Source: Lepidodermella squamata (Eukaryota > Animalia > Gastrotricha). Taken from it: a DNA stretch of 64,000 nt. The stretch is from the NCBI GenBank assembly GCA_047495785.1, contig JBLDXI010000031.1, positions 1,612,001 through 1,676,000 of the forward strand, in the 5' to 3' direction. A program made the translations under genes and the position numbers. Positions 60,601-64,000 of the stretch are shown one piece after another (within the stretch, counting starts at the first letter, position 1; each line of letters opens with the position of its first letter). Under the pieces are notes generated by a model that was not told where the DNA came from, made no database searches, and saw only the letters and a list, made by a program, of their open reading frames with translations.

Positions 60601-63600
60601 AGTAAATAAAGTTGCTGTTAGAGTCGATTCTGAGCTCTCAGACTTCTTCTATGTTACCAGGGGACTAAGACAAGGTTGTCCGTTGTCTCCTTTGCTATTC
60701 TTAGCGACCTACAACAAAATTTGCGAAAAAATATCTGCTGAAAAATTAGGCTTTCCTATTAGCGAGACCGCAAGCAGCGAGACTGCTTTCCTAAATTTAC
60801 TAGCGTTTGCTGACGACGGGACACTTTTAGGCATGAACCACGACGAAATTTCCGACTACTTCATTTTTTCGAGTTGGCTTACGCCGAATTGGGTTTTAAA
60901 ATCAGAGAAAACGAGAAAATAGGAAAATCCCGGCGACAATGATTTTGAAATCAAAATTACTCCCGTTGTCCGACTAGCGGAATCGGTTTCTTTCGAAAAA
61001 TATGAATCGCGCACGGTTGTAAACTGGATTGAAAATTATTAATTCTACAAACTAGCAGAATCCTCGACTGTGAGGATCATTCTTCACCTGCCTCTTAAAA
61101 ACCGGAAACGGTATACGACGTTCAGTCCCGGAGACGTTCAGTCGACATAATATATATTGTTAGTGTCGTTGAGTCGGTTACCATCAATTTCAATTTCAAG
61201 GCGATATGTGACAAGCAAAAAGCTGCTTTTGAATGAAAAGGCAAAAACAAAAGATTTTAGGAACTCTCGGCAGTTAGTAATTGATCACCTAAGCGAATAT
61301 TTGCAATTAGAGAAAATGCGGTATATGAATCTGAATATGTTTTCAGGTACTCGGGGCAGCACGGGTCCTAAAGGCATCGCTGGCGAGAAGGGTGAGCACG
61401 GCGTTAAAGGCTCTCATGGCGAGCTTGGCTCTCAAGGCCCTGTCGGCAGTACTGGTGCGAAGGGCACTCAGGGTGAGCAAGGATCGCACGGGCCTACCGG
61501 TTCGCAAGGTCCTCAAGGCAGCACCGGTCCAAAAGGTGAACACGGCGACAAAGGCTATCAAGGTGCACTTGGCTCCCAGGGCCCTGTCGGCAGTACTGGT
61601 GCGAAGGGTGTGCAAGGTGATCAAGGATCGCATGGACCCGCCGGCTCACAAGGTCATCAGGGCAGCACGGGTCCGAAGGGTGAACAAGGCGACAAGGGCC
61701 ACCAAGGTGTGCTGGGATCGCAAGGTCAAATGGGTCGCCCCGGAATGCGTGGCGCTCAGGGCTCTCTCGGATCGCAAGGACCTCTCGGTTCGCAGGGTCC
61801 TAAAGGCATCGCTGGCGAGAAGGGTGAGCACGGCGTTAAAGGCTCTCATGGCGAGCTTGGCTCTCAAGGCCCTGTCGGCAGTACTGGTGCGAAGGGCACT
61901 CAGGGTGAGCAAGGATCGCACGGGCCTACCGGTTCGCAAGGTCCTCAAGGCAGCACCGGTCCAAAAGGTGAACACGGCGACAAAGGCTATCAAGGTGCAC
62001 TTGGCTCCCAGGGCCCTGTCGGCAGTACTGGTGCGAAGGGTGTGCAAGGTGATCAAGGATCGCATGGACCCGCCGGCTCACAAGGTCATCAGGGCAGCAC
62101 GGGTCCGAAGGGTGAACAAGGCGACAAGGGCCACCAAGGTGTGCTGGGATCGCAAGGTCAAATGGGTCGCCCCGGAATGCGTGGCGCTCAGGGCTCTCTC
62201 GGATCGCAAGGACCTCTCGGTTCGCAGGGTCCTAAAGGCATCGCTGGCGAGAAGGGTGAGCACGGCGTTAAAGGCTCTCATGGCGAGCTTGGCTCTCAAG
62301 GCCCTGTCGGCAGTACTGGTGCGAAGGGCACTCAGGGTGAGCAAGGATCGCACGGGCCTACCGGTTCGCAAGGTCCTCAAGGCAGCACCGGTCCAAAAGG
62401 TGAACACGGCGACAAAGGCTATCAAGGTGCACTTGGCTCCCAGGGCCCTGTCGGCAGTACTGGTGCGAAGGGTGTGCAAGGTGATCAAGGATCGCATGGA
62501 CCCGCCGGCTCACAAGGTCATCAGGGCAGCACGGGTCCGAAGGGTGAACAAGGCGACAAGGGCCACCAAGGTGTGCTGGGATCGCAAGGTCAAATGGGTC
62601 GCCCCGGAATGCGTGGCGCTCAGGGCTCTCTCGGATCGCAAGGACCTCTCGGTTCGCAGGGTCCTAAAGGCATCGCTGGCGAGAAGGGTGAGCACGGCGT
62701 TAAAGGCTCTCATGGCGAGCTTGGCTCTCAAGGCCCTGTCGGCAGTACTGGTGCGAAGGGCACTCAGGGTGAGCAAGGATCGCACGGGCCTACCGGTTCG
62801 CAAGGTCCTCAAGGCAGCACCGGTCCAAAAGGTGAACACGGCGACAAAGGCTATCAAGGTGCACTTGGCTCCCAGGGCCCTGTCGGCAGTACTGGTGCGA
62901 AGGGTGTGCAAGGTGATCAAGGATCGCATGGACCCGCCGGCTCACAAGGTCATCAGGGCAGCACGGGTCCGAAGGGTGAACAAGGCGACAAGGGCCACCA
63001 AGGTGTGCTGGGATCGCAAGGTCAAATGGGTCGCCCCGGAATGCGTGGCGCTCAGGGCTCTCTCGGATCGCAAGGACCTCTCGGTTCGCAGGGTCCTAAA
63101 GGCATCGCTGGCGAGAAGGGTGAGCACGGCGTTAAAGGCTCTCATGGCGAGCTTGGCTCTCATGGCGAGCTTGGCTCTCAAGGCCCTGTCGGCAGTACTG
63201 GTGCGAAGGGCACTCAGGGTGAGCAAGGATCGCACGGGCCTACCGGTTCGCAAGGTCCTCAAGGCAGCACCGGTCCAAAAGGTGAACACGGCGACAAAGG
63301 CTATCAAGGTGCACTTGGCTCCCAGGGCCCTGTCGGCAGTACTGGTGCGAAGGGTGTGCAAGGTGATCAAGGATCGCATGGACCCGCCGGCTCACAAGGT
63401 CATCAGGGCAGCACGGGTCCGAAGGGTGAACAAGGCGACAAGGGCCACCAAGGTGTGCTGGGATCGCAAGGTCAAATGGGTCGCCCCGGAATGCGTGGCG
63501 CTCAGGGCTCTCTCGGATCGCAAGGACCTCTCGGTTCGCAGGGTCCTAAAGGCATCGCTGGCGAGAAGGGTGAGCACGGCGTTAAAGGCTCTCATGGCGA

Positions 63601-64000
63601 GCTTGGCTCTCAAGGCCCTGTCGGCAGTACTGGTGCGAAGGGCACTCAGGGTGAGCAAGGATCGCACGGGCCTACCGGTTCGCAAGGTCCTCAAGGCAGC
63701 ACCGGTCCAAAAGGTGAACACGGCGACAAAGGCTATCAAGGTGCACTTGGCTCCCAGGGCCCTGTCGGCAGTACTGGTGCGAAGGGTGTGCAAGGTGATC
63801 AAGGATCGCATGGACCCGCCGGCTCACAAGGTCATCAGGGCAGCACGGGTCCGAAGGGTGAACAAGGCGACAAGGGCCACCAAGGTGTGCTGGGATCGCA
63901 AGGTCAAATGGGTCGCCCCGGAATGCGTGGCGCTCAGGGCTCTCTCGGATCGCAAGGACCTCTCGGTTCGCAGGGTCCTAAAGGCATCGCTGGCGAGAAG
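48685..64000 (+). CDS. Giant secreted block-copolymer collagen-like protein ('collagen B'), at least 4,200 aa, 3' end beyond the window
   Basis: Exons 48685-48742, 48801-55166, 55221-55274, 56033-59461, 59523-59621, 61347->64000, all phase-1 GT-AG junctions that keep frame. Signal peptide MRLKMRLIAIAISFALASLAQTQA. This model joins the 2153-aa and 1155-aa ORFs with a final Gly-X-Y exon that the ORF track missed because it has no stop inside the window. Confidence 0.88.
48900..49265 (+). repeat. Thr/Ser-rich low-complexity mucin-like coding segment of collagen B
   Basis: Translation includes ...TTTTAASTAKAVTSTTSTPTTTTTSTTPSTSTSTTAATTTT...; ACN/TCN-rich DNA. Confidence 0.85.
49901..55077 (+). 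repeat. Coding tandem repeat, 330 bp (110 aa) x about 15.7, copies essentially identical
   Basis: ACCCAGGCGGCGCCCGTGAT recurs every 330 bp from 49901 to 54851; the last copy is truncated near 55077. Confidence 0.98.
56059..59461 (+). repeat. Coding tandem repeat, 144 bp (16 Gly-X-Y triplets) x about 23.6, copies essentially identical
   Basis: Unit [48 protein letters not shown]. The printed lines recur every 720 bp, which is 5 units. Confidence 0.98.
59961..60075. repeat. Near-perfect palindrome (54-bp arms, 7-nt loop), probably an internally deleted MITE
   Basis: GTTTGAGTATCGTTTTGCAGACCTCTCGGACTAGGTAAGAAATTAAGCCTATTT matches the reverse complement of 60022-60075 with 2 mismatches. Confidence 0.85.
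60150..60900 (+). mobile_element. Degenerate non-LTR retrotransposon (LINE) reverse-transcriptase fragment in collagen B intron 5
   Basis: RT motifs in broken frames: VPEGWSTAIITPIYKNKG..NYRGISLLSVVGKL, FTDLKKAYDLVDR, GLRQGCPLSPLLF, LAFADD. Contains in-frame stops and small internal duplications. Confidence 0.9.
61364..64000 (+). repeat. Coding tandem repeat, 432 bp (48 Gly-X-Y triplets, His-rich) x at least 6
   Basis: GGTCCTAAAGGCATCGCTGGCGAGAAG recurs every 432 bp; one unit is 450 bp because of an 18-bp duplication at 63155-63172. Confidence 0.97.

Noticed and set aside
19219-64000. Assigning either collagen to a known type (fibrillar, type IV, multiplexin, nematode cuticle collagen) or giving a gene symbol
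   Set aside because: No COLFI, C4, TSPN, endostatin or Col_cuticle_N domain is visible, sizes and exon patterns do not fit, and the C-terminus of collagen B is outside the window.

Overview
Eukaryotic, almost certainly invertebrate-animal, genomic DNA with many 49-65 bp spliceosomal introns. The ORF track fragments nearly every gene, so I rebuilt the models by hand from splice signals and frame continuity. The taxon cannot be fixed from this window. Left part (1-16.2 kb): four tandem paralogues of a type II membrane protein with GH130/GT91 (fungal beta-mannosyltransferase)-like beta-propeller motifs, an alpha-arrestin gene in the middle of that array, and a GT10 alpha-1,3-fucosyltransferase whose last intron holds an intronless antisense SABATH (Methyltransf_7) methyltransferase. 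Right part (19.2-64 kb): two giant secreted collagen-like genes on the + strand. Collagen A (19219-42893, about 2,800 aa) is built from 22 copies of a three-exon cassette (279/288 + 39 + 18 bp) and ends in a short tail matching no standard collagen C-terminal domain. Collagen B (48685 to beyond 64000, at least 4,200 aa) is a block copolymer: signal peptide, Thr-rich mucin-like segment, about 15.7 identical 110-aa Lys/Arg-rich S-x-E/Cys repeats, then about 690 or more uninterrupted Gly-X-Y triplets in a Tyr-bearing 48-aa-period block and a His-rich 144-aa-period block. Both collagens have almost no Y-position Pro. Introns carry MITEs, hairpins and a dead LINE fragment. The best candidate for an undescribed system is this collagen pair as a secreted structural or adhesive material, possibly linked to the neighbouring glyco-enzymes.
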